Source: an uncultured delta proteobacterium (GTDB lineage Bacteria; Desulfobacterota; Syntrophia; Syntrophales; UBA2192). From it: a DNA stretch of 64,000 nucleotides. Shown here one piece after another: positions 33,654 through 44,501 of the stretch. Position 1 is the stretch's first letter; each line of letters begins with the position of its first letter. The stretch lies in NCBI GenBank assembly GCA_963705165.1, contig CAVPJD010000026.1, positions 1 to 64,000 of the forward strand. Direction: 5' to 3'. The translations under genes and the position numbers were made by a program. The notes below the pieces were generated by a model, which was not told the DNA's origin, did no database searches, and was given only the letters and a program-made list of their open reading frames with translations.

Positions 33654-34100
33654 ATGAAGATCGAGCGCACGGACAGCCTTCAACACCCTCAGCCTGGCGG
33701 TAAAAAGAAAAACGCTGACCCGACTGGCGAGCGTTTCGGGGATATTTTAGAAAAAACCATCTCCCGATCCATGTCTACGTCACTGCCCGGCCCACTCCAG
33801 GGCCTGCCTCCGGCCGGGGGCATATCAGGTTTCAGCCCGGCAGTGGACAAAAAGGACCTCATAGGGAGGGCCAATCAGCTTCTGGATCTCATGGAGAGCT
33901 ACCAGAAAAAGATTTCGGGGAGCGGCCTGCCGCTACAGGACGCCTACATATCCATGAAGGCTATCGAGGACCGGGCCGACGAGCTCAACCCCTATATTGA
34001 AAATCTTCCAGAAGGCGATGATTTCCGTGATTTCCTCAACCGGCTTGTCATCACGGCCTCCGTTGAGACGATCAAATTCCGACGAGGCGATTACCTCTAA
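33654..34100 (+). CDS. Hypothetical helical protein
   Basis: 148 aa ORF with purine-rich SD; ends [11 protein letters not shown]; no recognised family. Confidence 0.7.
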   Translation: MKIERTDSLQHPQPGGKKKNADPTGERFGDILEKTISRSMSTSLPGPLQGLPPAGGISGFSPAVDKKDLIGRANQLLDLMESYQKKISGSGLPLQDAYISMKAIEDRADELNPYIENLPEGDDFRDFLNRLVITASVETIKFRRGDYL

Positions 34101-34101
34101 C

Positions 34102-34183
34102 AAGGGAGCCAGGGTCCAGGGACCCGGGTCCCCAAAATGATCCTATCCGCACCCTGTACCCTGAACCCTGAACCCGATACCCT
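34102..34183. repeat. Inverted heptamer tandem repeats
   Basis: agggagcc-agggtcc-agggacc / accctgt-accctga-accctga-acccgat-accct. Confidence 0.7.
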
Positions 34184-34279
34184 ATTCGTACAAAGATGCT
34201 TCCGATGCCCCTTTTCAGGGCGGATAACGCTTGACACGTTATGGATCTGATGGTAAAAAACACAGCCTGAATCAAGTGT

Positions 34280-34356
<77 letters not shown>

Positions 34357-34433
34357 TGAAAAAAAGCTCCCCGGGGACGGAGGGGGGTGCGAAAACGGAT
34401 GTCCTGACATCCCGTTTTCATTTCACGCAAGCG

Positions 34434-34472
34434 GGCGGTCAGTCGACAGAGACGATTGACCGCCTTCTTTTT
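34434..34472 (+). terminator. Probable terminator after tRNA-Pro
   Basis: GGCGGTCAGTCG..CGATTGACCGCC-TTCTTTTT. Confidence 0.65.
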
Positions 34473-34751
34473 AAACCCGTGATGGTCATCGTTGACATCA
34501 CCCATGAAACCGCTGCCTTCGTCGTACCGGGCCGCATCGATGCCAACGATAAAGCGGATGATGCGTTTCGCCTGTTTGAGGCCGCGCGGGGATTCACGTC
34601 GTGCGCTCAGCGGACGCGACTGCCTCCCGGCCCGGCATCCGGGCCCGATGACGGGTCCCGCCGGCGGGTGGAAAAGAATGTCCCCGCGTAACTTTGAGGT
34701 GTTGACAATCGGAAAAGCAGTGAATATATAAAGGAATCGTTTTTCAGGGAT

Positions 34752-34837
34752 GCGAGAGTGGCGGAACTGGAAGACGCACTGGACTTAGGATCCAGCCCGC
34801 ACTGCGGATAGGGGTTCGACTCCCCTCTCTCGCACCA
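34752..34837 (+). tRNA. tRNA-Leu (TAG)
   Basis: CTGGA-ctTAGga-TCCAG, long variable arm, GGTTCGACTCC, CCA. Confidence 0.95.
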
Positions 34838-34861
34838 TCTTTATTCTCTAGGAAAAGGAGT

Positions 34862-36163
34862 TTGAGCGTGACAAGCGGAACAGGTGCAGCCATCAAGGTC
34901 GAAGAGATCAGTCCCATCAAGAAAAAAATCTCCTTCGAAATCCCCTGGGAAGCGGTGAAGAAGGAAATCGACGCCGCATACCGGACGGTGGGGAAGAAGG
35001 CCAGGATCAAGGGGTTCAGGCCCGGCAAGACGCCACGGCACATCCTGGAGACTTATTACAGGGAGGATGCCGAAGGGGAGGCCGTCTCGAACCTGGTCCA
35101 GCGATCCTTCGAGGAGGCCATGGCGGCGAACAACCTCATGCCTGTTGCCAGGCCTCAGATCGAGCAGAACGGGATCCAGGCCGATCAGAGCTTCACCTAC
35201 AGCGCCACGGTGGAGGTGGAGCCCGTCATCGAGCCCCAGGGATACACAGGACTGGAGTTGCAGAAGGAAGATACGGCTGTGACCGACCGGGACGTGGACG
35301 TCAGGCTTGAGGAACTCCGCAACATGTACAGCAGCCTCAAGGACGTGGAGGCGGGCCGGGCCGTTCAAGAAGGGGACTTCCTGCTTATCGACTTCGAGGG
35401 GAAAATCGGCGGCGAAACGAGAAAAGAGTTAACCGAGACGGGCTTCCGGCTCGAGGTGGGCTCGAAACGGCTCGTCCCCGGCTTCGAGGATGCCCTGATC
35501 GGCCTCAAACAGGGGGAGTCGAAAGAGTTCACGGTCAAGTTTCCAGACGACTATCCTGTCAAGGAATTCGCAGGGAAAGACATCCTATTTCATGCAACCG
35601 TGAAGGATATCAAGGTCAAGGTCCTGCCGGAGCTTGACGAAAATTTCGTTAAAAATTTCGAGAAGTATGAAACCATGGAGGCCCTCCGGACCGAACTTCT
35701 CAAATCCCTCGAGGAGGAAAAGAGCGCCCGGGCAAAAGCGAACCTGCAGAAGGCCATCAATGAGCAGCTCCTCGAGAAGAATCCCTTCGAGGTGCCCGAG
35801 GCCTATGTGGAGCGCCAGATTTTCAACATGATGGTAGAATATCAGCGCCGCATGGTCATGAACGGGATGGATTCGGACAACGCGGCCAAAGTGGCAGCAA
35901 ATTTGCACGACAAGTTCCGGGACGAAGCCGCCCGCATGGTGCGAACGGGACTTCTTCTGCACAGGATCGCCGAGAAGGAGTCCATCGCCGTCGACGAAAA
36001 GGAAATCGACGACAGGATTCGCGAGACAGCCGCGCGCTACGGCCACGATTTCGAGTCCATGAAGCTATCCTATGAAAAGGATAACATGATAGATCGCTTG
36101 ACAGATCAAATACTTGAAGAAAAAACCCTTGATTTTATCGAGTCCAGGGCTAATATTAAGTGA
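34862..36163 (+). CDS. tig: Trigger factor
   Basis: GFRPGKTP signature, FKBP domain (IDFEG, VPGFED), upstream of clpP. Confidence 0.95.
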   Translation: MSVTSGTGAAIKVEEISPIKKKISFEIPWEAVKKEIDAAYRTVGKKARIKGFRPGKTPRHILETYYREDAEGEAVSNLVQRSFEEAMAANNLMPVARPQIEQNGIQADQSFTYSATVEVEPVIEPQGYTGLELQKEDTAVTDRDVDVRLEELRNMYSSLKDVEAGRAVQEGDFLLIDFEGKIGGETRKELTETGFRLEVGSKRLVPGFEDALIGLKQGESKEFTVKFPDDYPVKEFAGKDILFHATVKDIKVKVLPELDENFVKNFEKYETMEALRTELLKSLEEEKSARAKANLQKAINEQLLEKNPFEVPEAYVERQIFNMMVEYQRRMVMNGMDSDNAAKVAANLHDKFRDEAARMVRTGLLLHRIAEKESIAVDEKEIDDRIRETAARYGHDFESMKLSYEKDNMIDRLTDQILEEKTLDFIESRANIK

Positions 36164-36192
36164 AATGCTGCAACCCCGATGAAGGATAGAAC

Positions 36193-36792
36193 ATGCCACT
36201 GATCCCGATAGTCATTGAACAGGATGGACGAGGCGAGAGGGCCTTCGACATCTACTCCAGGCTCCTGAGAGACCGGATCGTCTTTCTGGGGGTCGCCATC
36301 GACGACAACGTGGCGAATCTCGTCGTCGCCCAGCTGCTGTACCTGGAATCGGAGGACCCCGACAAGGAGATCCATTTCTACATCAACTCCCCGGGGGGGC
36401 TTGTGAGTGCCGGGCTCGCGATCTACGACACCATGCAGTACATCAAGTCGCCCGTTTCGACCTACTGCATGGGGCAGGCTGCGAGCATGGCTGCCATCCT
36501 CCTGGCTGCGGGGCAGAAGGGAAAGCGATATGCGCTTCCGCACGCCCGGATCCTGATCCACCAGCCGATGGGGGGGTTCTCGGGCCAGGCGACGGACGTG
36601 GAAATCCAGGCCCGGGAAATCCTGCGCCTGAAACAAGAGCTCAATGAGATCCTGACCCAGCACACGAATCAGCCGATCGAGAGGATCGAGCGAGACACCG
36701 ACCGCGATTACTACATGTCCGGTGAGCAGGCGAACGAGTACGGGCTCATCGACGCGGTGATCCAGAAGCGGCCCACGGCCGTCAAGAAATAA
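36193..36792 (+). CDS. clpP: ATP-dependent Clp protease proteolytic subunit
   Basis: DIYSRLL, YINSPGG, GQAASM, IHQP. Confidence 0.98.
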   Translation: MPLIPIVIEQDGRGERAFDIYSRLLRDRIVFLGVAIDDNVANLVVAQLLYLESEDPDKEIHFYINSPGGLVSAGLAIYDTMQYIKSPVSTYCMGQAASMAAILLAAGQKGKRYALPHARILIHQPMGGFSGQATDVEIQAREILRLKQELNEILTQHTNQPIERIERDTDRDYYMSGEQANEYGLIDAVIQKRPTAVKK

Positions 36793-36802
36793 AGAGGGAA
36801 AC

Positions 36803-38065
36803 ATGCCAAGAAGACAAAGAGAAAACGAGGGCGGTGAAGGCATCCTGTTCTGCTCTTTCTGCGGGAAGACCCAGAACGAGGTCAAAAAGCTCGTGGCCGG
36901 CCCTTCAGCCTATATTTGCGACGAGTGCATCGAACTGTGCCGGTGCATCATCCAGGAAGAGGCCGAGGTCCAGAGCATCGATGAGAGCCGCAAGAAGATC
37001 CCCGAGCCCAAGGACATCAAGAAGTTCCTGGACACCTACGTGATCGGGCAGAACCGGCCGAAGAAAATCCTCTCCGTGGCGGTATACAACCACTATAAAC
37101 GTCTCTTTTCCGAGGCGGACCTGGGCGGCGTCGAGCTCCAGAAGAGCAACATCCTGCTCATCGGGCCCACCGGTTCCGGAAAGACGCTCCTGGCGCGGAC
37201 CCTGGCCAAGATGCTCAACGTTCCCTTTGCCATCGCCGACGCCACATCTCTCACCGAGGCGGGCTACGTGGGCGAGGACGTGGAGAACATCATCCTGAGC
37301 CTGCTGCAGAATGCCGACTACGACGTGGAGCGGGCCTCGAAGGGGATCGTCTACATCGATGAGATCGACAAGATTTCCCGCAAGTCCGGCAGCCCCTCCA
37401 TCACCCGGGACGTCTCCGGGGAAGGGGTACAGCAGGCGCTGCTCAAGATCATCGAGGGGACGCTGGCGAACATCCCGCCCAAGGGCGGCCGTAAACACCC
37501 CCAGCAGGAATTCATCCAGGTCGACACGACGAACATCCTCTTCATCTGCGGCGGTGCGTTCGTCGGTCTCGAGGACATCATCCAGAAACGCATCGGCGCC
37601 AGTTCGCTTGGCTTCGGCGCGGACATCAAGGGAAAGAAAGAGCGAAAGCTCGGGGAGCTCCTGGCCGAGGTCCAGCCCGAAGACTTGCTGAAATACGGCC
37701 TTATCCCCGAGTTCATCGGCCGGCTTCCCGTAATCGCAACCCTCGATGAACTGGACGAGAACGACCTCATGCGGGTCCTCGTGGAGCCGAAGGACTCCAT
37801 CAGCAAGCAGTACCAGAAGATCCTCGAGATGGAGAACGTGAAGCTCAAGTTCACCGACGGAGCCCTCCGGGCCGTCTCGAGGCTTGCCGTAAACCGCAAG
37901 GCAGGCGCCCGGGGACTTCGGGCGATCCTCGAGAACACCATGCTCGACATCATGTATGACATCCCCTCGCGCAGCGACGTGAAGGAGGTCATCATCAATG
38001 AAGACGTCGTCAAGGAAGGCGAAAAGCCCATCCTGCTCTTCGAATCGAAGACGGAGACGGCGTAA
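36803..38065 (+). CDS. clpX: Clp protease ATP-binding subunit ClpX
   Basis: CSFCGK..CDEC zinc finger, [21 protein letters not shown] loop. Confidence 0.98.
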   Translation: MPRRQRENEGGEGILFCSFCGKTQNEVKKLVAGPSAYICDECIELCRCIIQEEAEVQSIDESRKKIPEPKDIKKFLDTYVIGQNRPKKILSVAVYNHYKRLFSEADLGGVELQKSNILLIGPTGSGKTLLARTLAKMLNVPFAIADATSLTEAGYVGEDVENIILSLLQNADYDVERASKGIVYIDEIDKISRKSGSPSITRDVSGEGVQQALLKIIEGTLANIPPKGGRKHPQQEFIQVDTTNILFICGGAFVGLEDIIQKRIGASSLGFGADIKGKKERKLGELLAEVQPEDLLKYGLIPEFIGRLPVIATLDELDENDLMRVLVEPKDSISKQYQKILEMENVKLKFTDGALRAVSRLAVNRKAGARGLRAILENTMLDIMYDIPSRSDVKEVIINEDVVKEGEKPILLFESKTETA

Positions 38066-38082
38066 AGGAGACACGTTTCAGA

Positions 38083-40512
38083 ATGGCCATGTTTGATTAC
38101 ACAAAAAAAGATGACTCGAAAATCATCGTCCCTCTGTTGCCGCTGCGGGACGTGGTGGTCTTCCCCTATATGATCGTGCCCCTCTTCGTGGGCAGGGAGA
38201 AATCGATCAACGCGCTGGAGTCGGCCATGAAGCAGGAAAACGAGATTTTCCTCGTGGCCCAGAAAAGCGCCCAGAAGGACGAGCCCACCGAAAACGACAT
38301 CTACACAATCGGGACCCTCGGGGTCATCATCCAGCTGCTGAGACTGCCCGACGGAACCGTGAAGGCCCTCGTGGAGGGAAAGAGGCGCGCGACGGTCCGT
38401 GAGTACATCCCCAACCCCGATCACTTCGTCGTCGAAATCGAAGAGGTGCCGGAAACCGGCTCGGAAAGCGCAGGCTCCGTCCAGGCGGTCGGCCGCGTTC
38501 TTGTGGAGGCATTCAAGAACTACGCGAAGCTTTCCCGCAAGATCCAGCCGGAGCTGGTGGACACCATCGTCGCCATCGACAACGCAGCGAAACTCTCCGA
38601 CGTAATCGCCTCGCACCTGGGCGTAAAGCTGGAAAAGAAGCAGGCCCTGCTGGAGATCACCGATGGAGGGGAGCGGCTTGAGAAGCTCTACTCCATGATC
38701 GTCGGCGAGATCGAAATCCTCGAGTTGGAGGAAAAGATCAAGCGTCGCGTCAAGAAGCAGATGGAGAAGACCCAGAAGGACTACTACCTCAACGAGCAAA
38801 TGCGCGCCATCCAGAAGGAGATGGGCGAGAAGGACGACTTTTCGAGCGAGATCGAGGAACTCGAAAAGCGCCTGAAAGGGAAAAAGCTCTCCGAGGAGGC
38901 CCAGAAGAAGGTTAAGCACGAGATCAAGAAGCTCAAGATGATGTCCCCCATGTCGGCGGAGGCCACCGTCGTGCGCAACTACATCGACTGGCTGCTCGAC
39001 ATGCCCTGGAGCGAAAAGACGGAAAACAAGCACACCATGAAGGAGTCCGAGGCCATCCTCGAAGAGGATCATCACGGGCTCAAGAAAGTAAAGGAGCGAA
39101 TTCTCGAGTACCTGGCAGTGCAGACCCTCGTGAAGAAGAACAAGGGTTCCATCCTCTGCCTCGTGGGTCCCCCCGGTGTCGGCAAGACCTCGGTCGCCAA
39201 ATCGATCGCCCGGGCCACCAACCGCAAGTTTGTCCGTCTTTCCCTCGGCGGGCTTCGCGACGAGGCGGAGATCCGGGGACATCGCCGGACCTACATCGGG
39301 GCGCTGCCCGGAAAGATCATCCAGCTCATCAAGAAGGCGGGGTCCAACAACCCCGTGCTGTGCCTCGACGAGATCGACAAGCTAAGCTCCGACTTCCGGG
39401 GAGATCCCAGTTCGGCGCTGCTCGAGGTTCTCGACCCGGAGCAGAACGGCGCCTTCAATGACAATTACCTGGAGGTGGACTACGATCTTTCCGACGTGAT
39501 GTTCATCACGACGGCAAACGTTCTGCAGACAATCCCGGCGCCGCTGCAAGACCGCATGGAAGTGATCCGGATTGCCGGGTACACGGAACCCGAGAAACTC
39601 AACATCGCAAAGCGCTTCCTCGTGAAGAAAGATATCGAGGCCAACGGGCTCACGGACAAGAACATCCTGTTCACAGACGGGGCGATCCTGGAGATCGTCC
39701 GCAAGTACACGCGCGAGGCGGGCGTCCGGAATCTCGAGCGCGAAATCGCCTCCATCTGCCGGAAAGTGGTCCGCGAGATCGTGACCAACGGGCATAAAAA
39801 GCAGCTCCGGATCAACGTGAAGTCCATCGAGAAATACCTCGGCCTCGCGAAGTTCCGCTTCGGCGAGTCCGAGGGGAAAGATTCCGTGGGGCTCACCCAG
39901 GGGTTGGCGTGGACCGAGGTGGGCGGCGAGCTGCTGACCATCGAGGCGACGATCCTTCCCGGCACGGGCAAGACGATGCTGACGGGCAAACTGGGTGACG
40001 TCATGCAGGAGTCCGCCCAGGCGGCCCTCACGATCGTCCGCTCGAAAGCCGACGCCCTGGGGATCGACAAGAACTTCTACAAGGACACGGACATCCACGT
40101 CCACGTGCCCGAGGGCGCCATCCCGAAAGACGGGCCATCGGCAGGGATCGCGATGGTGACATCCATCGCATCGGCCTTTACGAAGCGTCCGGTACGGGGC
40201 AATCTGGCCATGACCGGCGAGATCACGCTCCGGGGCAGGGTGCTCCCCATCGGCGGTCTCAAGGAAAAACTCCTGGCGGCCCACCGCGGCGGGATCAAAA
40301 CGGTGATCATCCCCAAGGAGAACGAAAAGGATCTCGTGGATATTCCGTCGAACGTCCTCAAGGATATTCAGATCGTGCTTGTGGAGCGTATCGACGAGGT
40401 GCTCGAGGCGGCTTTTGCTCCGAGACCGGAACAGGAACTTCCCCTGGAGATGAACGAGGAGATTCGCCCGATAGAAAAACCGGTGGAAACGGAACGCCGC
40501 ATCCACGCCTGA
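38083..40512 (+). CDS. lon: Lon protease
   Basis: [32 protein letters not shown]. Confidence 0.98.
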   Translation: MAMFDYTKKDDSKIIVPLLPLRDVVVFPYMIVPLFVGREKSINALESAMKQENEIFLVAQKSAQKDEPTENDIYTIGTLGVIIQLLRLPDGTVKALVEGKRRATVREYIPNPDHFVVEIEEVPETGSESAGSVQAVGRVLVEAFKNYAKLSRKIQPELVDTIVAIDNAAKLSDVIASHLGVKLEKKQALLEITDGGERLEKLYSMIVGEIEILELEEKIKRRVKKQMEKTQKDYYLNEQMRAIQKEMGEKDDFSSEIEELEKRLKGKKLSEEAQKKVKHEIKKLKMMSPMSAEATVVRNYIDWLLDMPWSEKTENKHTMKESEAILEEDHHGLKKVKERILEYLAVQTLVKKNKGSILCLVGPPGVGKTSVAKSIARATNRKFVRLSLGGLRDEAEIRGHRRTYIGALPGKIIQLIKKAGSNNPVLCLDEIDKLSSDFRGDPSSALLEVLDPEQNGAFNDNYLEVDYDLSDVMFITTANVLQTIPAPLQDRMEVIRIAGYTEPEKLNIAKRFLVKKDIEANGLTDKNILFTDGAILEIVRKYTREAGVRNLEREIASICRKVVREIVTNGHKKQLRINVKSIEKYLGLAKFRFGESEGKDSVGLTQGLAWTEVGGELLTIEATILPGTGKTMLTGKLGDVMQESAQAALTIVRSKADALGIDKNFYKDTDIHVHVPEGAIPKDGPSAGIAMVTSIASAFTKRPVRGNLAMTGEITLRGRVLPIGGLKEKLLAAHRGGIKTVIIPKENEKDLVDIPSNVLKDIQIVLVERIDEVLEAAFAPRPEQELPLEMNEEIRPIEKPVETERRIHA

Positions 40513-40605
40513 CAGGACTCCAAAGGGCACAATATCACCGCAAAAACGTGATATTCGCCCTTGACAACGGAGAGGGTGTTATCGTACATTAACGACCCGA
40601 CGAAA

Positions 40606-40681
40606 GGGCGGATAGCTCAGTCGGGAGAGCGCCACGCTTACACCGTGGATGTCACAGGTTCAAGTCCTGTTCCGCCTACCA
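40606..40681 (+). tRNA. tRNA-Val (TAC)
   Basis: CCACG-ctTACac-CGTGG, GGTTCAAGTCC, CCA; TTGACA promoter at 40561. Confidence 0.95.
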
Positions 40682-40696
40682 TAAAGCAAGCATTGC

Positions 40697-40774
40697 GGGG
40701 TCGTAGTTAAGTTTGGTTATAACGCCGGCCTGTCACGTCGGAGGGCGTGGGTTCAAATCCCATCGACCCCGCCA
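40697..40774 (+). tRNA. tRNA-Asp (GTC)
   Basis: CCGGC-ctGTCac-GTCGG, GGTTCAAATCC, GCCA end. Confidence 0.95.
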
Positions 40775-40781
40775 GTAAACG

Positions 40782-40818
40782 AAGGGGGTTAACCGAAAGC
40801 GGTTAGCCCCCTTTTTTG
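40782..40818 (+). terminator. Terminator after the tRNA pair
   Basis: AAGGGGGTTAACCG-aaag-CGGTTAGCCCCCTTTTTT. Confidence 0.85.
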
Positions 40819-40937
40819 TGCAACTGCGGCACGACAGCTCCACCCGATTCTGACGGAAACCGGCAGGATTTCGCGATGGCGTCGGATCAGCGAATGCGCT
40901 ACACTGCGATCAGAGATCAATCCAGCCTGGAGGGAAT

Positions 40938-41426
40938 ATGAAGACGGCAAAGACAGGAAAACGAATGATGGAACGGATGGCTCTCGGGCTCTTCGTGATC
41001 ATCATGGTCCTCGCCGGTTGCACGAAGACCCAGCATGTTCTCGTCCGGGAGCCGGCATCGCCATCCCCGGGCCTGGAAGGACGGTGGGATCTCGTACGTT
41101 ACGGCCCCGTGGGTTCGGAAACTGCGGTCTTGACCGACAGGCAGGTGCTTATCGAGTTTACGAGCGACGGGAAAATCAGCGGCTCCGGCGGGTGCAACCG
41201 GTATTTCGGAGGCTGGGGATTCCTGGAGGGCACAAAGGACGCCATCCGCATCTGGCGGACCGGGTCGACCAGGATGGCCTGCGAAGGGCCCATCATGACC
41301 CAGGAATACCGTTATCTGGAAGAGCTGAGCCGTGTCTCCACGTATGCGGCAGAGGGGAAGGAGCTTCGTCTCTATTACGACGAGGGTCGGGGAGTCCTGC
41401 GGTTTTCCAGAGGAGTGAACCCTTAG
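40938..41426 (+). CDS. META-domain (HslJ-like) lipoprotein
   Basis: LAGC lipobox, GSGGCNRYFG, STRMAC. Confidence 0.88.
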   Translation: MKTAKTGKRMMERMALGLFVIIMVLAGCTKTQHVLVREPASPSPGLEGRWDLVRYGPVGSETAVLTDRQVLIEFTSDGKISGSGGCNRYFGGWGFLEGTKDAIRIWRTGSTRMACEGPIMTQEYRYLEELSRVSTYAAEGKELRLYYDEGRGVLRFSRGVNP

Positions 41427-41507
41427 GGGAAGAAGCGGGGAAGGTGAGAGGGTAAGAAGGTTGGACAATCTGAGGCATGCCACACCCTCTATGCTTCTCC
41501 AACCTTC

Positions 41508-42080
41508 TCACCTTCTTACCTTCTTACCTTCTGCGCGAATGCCTGACTTTTTCTCCTGCCCGATTGCTTTGACGTAGATGACCTTGTCGTCGCCGGGGGA
41601 ATAGAATTCCCTGAGTGTGGCCTCTTCCCGGTAGCCGCAACGCTCGTAGAAGCGCCGTGTCCTGTTGTACATCTCTTTTGAAGAGGTTTCGATGTAGATT
41701 CTCAGGCCGCCAAGCTCTCCGATGGCCGCCTCGGAGCGCTCCAGGAGCATTTTCCCGATACCTGCTCCCTGCTCCTTCTTCCGGACGGCCATCCAGTAAA
41801 TATCGTAGCTGTGCAGCGTCAGGGGAACCGGACCGTAGCAGCTGTACCCCAGCACCCGGCCGCTTTTCTCGGCAAAGATGAAGTGATACCCGCTGGCAAG
41901 CCCGACCCGGAGTCTCTCTTCCACGAGTTCCACGGCGATGCCGATCTCGTCGGGCCGGAAAAAGCCCGTCGACGTGGCGATGTCCCTGACGATCTCACTG
42001 TCTTCTCGCCGAACGGTTGTCCGAAGGGTCATCGCCGTGCGAGATGCCGGTGACACCGGTCTGCCCCTTTTTTCTGCCAT
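41508..42080 (-). CDS. GNAT-family N-acetyltransferase
   Basis: YWMAV..QGAGIGK acetyl-CoA motif, IETSS, FYERCGY. Confidence 0.9.
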   Translation of the reverse strand: MAEKRGRPVSPASRTAMTLRTTVRREDSEIVRDIATSTGFFRPDEIGIAVELVEERLRVGLASGYHFIFAEKSGRVLGYSCYGPVPLTLHSYDIYWMAVRKKEQGAGIGKMLLERSEAAIGELGGLRIYIETSSKEMYNRTRRFYERCGYREEATLREFYSPGDDKVIYVKAIGQEKKSGIRAEGKKVRR

Positions 42081-42085
42081 GCGGT

Positions 42086-43078
42086 TCAATCCGTCCTGAG
42101 CGCGTCTTCCACGATCCTGCCGATCACCTCCTCGTACCGGAGGCCGGCTTGCCGGGTTGCAGCCGTAAAACCGCTGTCCGGCGAAAGGCAGGGGTTGGAA
42201 TTGATCTCCAGGATCCAGGGGATTCCATCTCGATCGATCCGGTAATCGACGCGGGCGTAGCCCGTCAGTTCGAAGAGACGCCAGCAGCTGAGAGTGGTTC
42301 GCTTCAGGGATCGAAGCAGTGGCCGGTCCTTCCGTTCGAAGTCGAAGTGCCGAGGCGTGTGATGATATTCATAGGAATCTTCGTCCCACTTGGCCCTGTA
42401 GCCGATGAGGCGAAGTCTGTCTTTTTCGTATCCGATGAACTCGATTTCCGCCGGCGGGAGGACCTCGGGACCTTCGCTGCCCGCAAGAATGGACAGGTTG
42501 AACTCGCGTCCGTCGATGTATCGTTCTGCGAACGCTTCTGCACCCAGCCGCCCGAGGCGCGTCCGGATTTCCTCTCGAAGCTCATCGGCATCCCGCGGGC
42601 ACACCACGGAATCTTCTTCGAGCCCGACGGAGGCATGCTCCCATACCGATTTGACGATGAAGGGCGACCCCGCCGGACAGGGGAGCGCCGCAAAGGATTC
42701 CCGGAGGGTGCACCACTGAGGTGTGCGGAGACGATGGGCGTGAAGGAGTCTCTTTGCGGAAAGCTTGTTCGAGCTCAGGAAGGTCGCCTCCGTCCGCGCC
42801 CCCGTGTAGGGGATCCTCAGGAAATCGAGGAGCGCCGGCGCCAGGTGAATGAGCCGTCCCTGCCCACCCACGGTCTCGACGAGGTTGAACACCAGATCGC
42901 AGGCCGTTTCCCGAAGCCGCTGCGCGGCTGCCTCCAGATCGAGGCAGAACGGCATGGGCAGCGCTTCATGGCCGAGCTCCTTCAGGGCGCCCGAGACGGC
43001 CTCGACTTGCGTCAGGACGTCCCGCTCATCGGCTGAGGCGCAGGAACGGACGTCGCTGTGGAGTATGACAACCCTCAT
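42086..43078 (-). CDS. D-Ala-D-Ala-ligase-like ATP-grasp protein 2
   Basis: VFNLVE, IPYTG, VKS..EHASVG, ERYIDGREF, YARVDYR, LEINSNP. Confidence 0.85.
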   Translation of the reverse strand: MRVVILHSDVRSCASADERDVLTQVEAVSGALKELGHEALPMPFCLDLEAAAQRLRETACDLVFNLVETVGGQGRLIHLAPALLDFLRIPYTGARTEATFLSSNKLSAKRLLHAHRLRTPQWCTLRESFAALPCPAGSPFIVKSVWEHASVGLEEDSVVCPRDADELREEIRTRLGRLGAEAFAERYIDGREFNLSILAGSEGPEVLPPAEIEFIGYEKDRLRLIGYRAKWDEDSYEYHHTPRHFDFERKDRPLLRSLKRTTLSCWRLFELTGYARVDYRIDRDGIPWILEINSNPCLSPDSGFTAATRQAGLRYEEVIGRIVEDALRTD

Positions 43079-43085
43079 GGAACCC

Positions 43086-44081
43086 TCAACGCCCGGATCG
43101 GATTCTTTCCTCGGCAGACGCCATGATCATCCCGAGAAGATCTCGATAGGACACGCCTGCGAGGGTGGACAGGATGGGAAGATCGGAATGGGTCGGATGA
43201 AGACCCGCCAGGGGATTGACTTCCAGAAAATGCGGCACCCCGGAGGCATCGTCCCGGATGTCGAGCCGTCCCCCGTCCCTGCACTCGAGCCCTCGCCATG
43301 CAGCCAGGGCGACAGCCGATACCCGGTCTGCCTCCGATCCTGTGACGAGAGCATAATCCACGAATTGTTCGCAGTATTCCTTATTGATAAGGGAATAGAC
43401 GCCCTTTTCAGCATTCTCTCGCAGAATGACTTCCATGACCGCAATGGTGCGGGCTTTGCGGCCGGTGCCCACAATCCCAACGGTGAACTCTCTGCCGGAC
43501 AGGTAGGTCTCGACGAGAACCGGTTGCGAGAAGGCCTCGAGGAGGGACCGGCAGCGGGCGTCGAGCTCACCGGCATCGCGGACGATCGATTTCTCGTTGA
43601 TCCCCTTTCCGGTTCCTTCCGACAACGGCTTGACGAAGAGGGGGTAGGGAAGGTTGACGGCGGCGATGTCCCCCGTGTCTTCGACTACGGCGAAATCGGG
43701 CGTGGGGATGCCCAGGTCGCGGACCACCCGCTTGGCCATGGCCTTGTGGAGGGTGAGAGAGAGCACCAGCGGATCGGAGAAGACGTAGGGGATGTCGTAG
43801 GCATCGAGCAGACAGGGAACCTGGGACTCCCGCCCGAAGCCCTTCAGGCCCTCGGCGATGTTGAACACGAGATCCCACCGGTCTCCGGCGACGAGTCGCT
43901 TCGCCAGGGCCCGGACGTGGCCGATCCGGTCAGTCCGGTATCCCAGGGAGCCCAGAGTCTCCTCGATGGCGTCGATCGTGGCGGGCTGGTCGAACTCGGC
44001 GGTCTGTTCCTCCGAGTATCCTTCCTCGAGATAGTCCGTCCGAAGGTCATAGGTCATCCCGACCCGTAGCATGGGGTTCAC
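43086..44081 (-). CDS. D-Ala-D-Ala-ligase-like ATP-grasp protein 1
   Basis: VFNIAEG, FVKP..EGTGKGI, ETYLSGREF, GRLDIR, LEVNPLAG. Confidence 0.85.
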   Translation of the reverse strand: MNPMLRVGMTYDLRTDYLEEGYSEEQTAEFDQPATIDAIEETLGSLGYRTDRIGHVRALAKRLVAGDRWDLVFNIAEGLKGFGRESQVPCLLDAYDIPYVFSDPLVLSLTLHKAMAKRVVRDLGIPTPDFAVVEDTGDIAAVNLPYPLFVKPLSEGTGKGINEKSIVRDAGELDARCRSLLEAFSQPVLVETYLSGREFTVGIVGTGRKARTIAVMEVILRENAEKGVYSLINKEYCEQFVDYALVTGSEADRVSAVALAAWRGLECRDGGRLDIRDDASGVPHFLEVNPLAGLHPTHSDLPILSTLAGVSYRDLLGMIMASAEERIRSGR

Positions 44082-44173
44082 CGTCTTCTTTTGAATTTAA
44101 GAGGCCGTTGACAGGGGGCGCTTCCCGTTAGGGGCGCAACCATGTCCCGTTTTTCCCTGCCTGGAAGCACCAC

Positions 44174-44412
44174 AGGTGCTTCAAAATAAGGCTGTCTGCG
44201 TCGTTTCCCTCGACCCTCGTCCCTGCGGCCTGTGAATGACCTTTCCTCTGTTCTCCTCCCCTGGCGGGAGGAGGAAGTGGAGGAGGGGGAATATCCCCCC
44301 TCACCTCGATCCTCTCCCACGGAGGGGAGAGGAAGATCAAGGAACAGGGTTTTTACAGGCCTCAGTCCACGGGATCTCGGGGGCCTAGCATCCAGGCATT
44401 TTTGAACTGCCT
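44174..44412. mobile_element. Nested non-autonomous MITE/REP-like element
   Basis: Outer imperfect IR AGGTGCTTCAAAA/TTTTGAACTGCCT; inner IR GGCCTGTGAA (44227)/TTTACAGGCC (44361); central CTCCC..GGGAG palindromes. Confidence 0.5.
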
Positions 44413-44439
44413 GAATCATGGTACTGGTTACATCTTGTA

Positions 44440-44475
44440 AAGAACCCCGCCGTTTTGTCGGCGGGGCTCTTCTTT
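44440..44475 (-). terminator. Terminator-like hairpin after kamA
   Basis: AAGAACCCCGCCG-ttttgt-CGGCGGGGCTCTT. Confidence 0.65.
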
Positions 44476-44501
44476 GGTTCTATCCGGTCATCGGGGAGGA
44501 A

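Noticed and set aside
34357..34700. Possible integrated-element remnant or 111 aa ORF between tRNA-Pro and tRNA-Leu
   Set aside because: No integrase fragment or tRNA 3' duplication seen; the ORF starts on the tRNA's last base and spans a terminator
42086..44081. ATP-grasp pair as housekeeping ddl or van resistance ligases
   Set aside because: They lack the GGxSxE motif and are not in a dcw or van gene context
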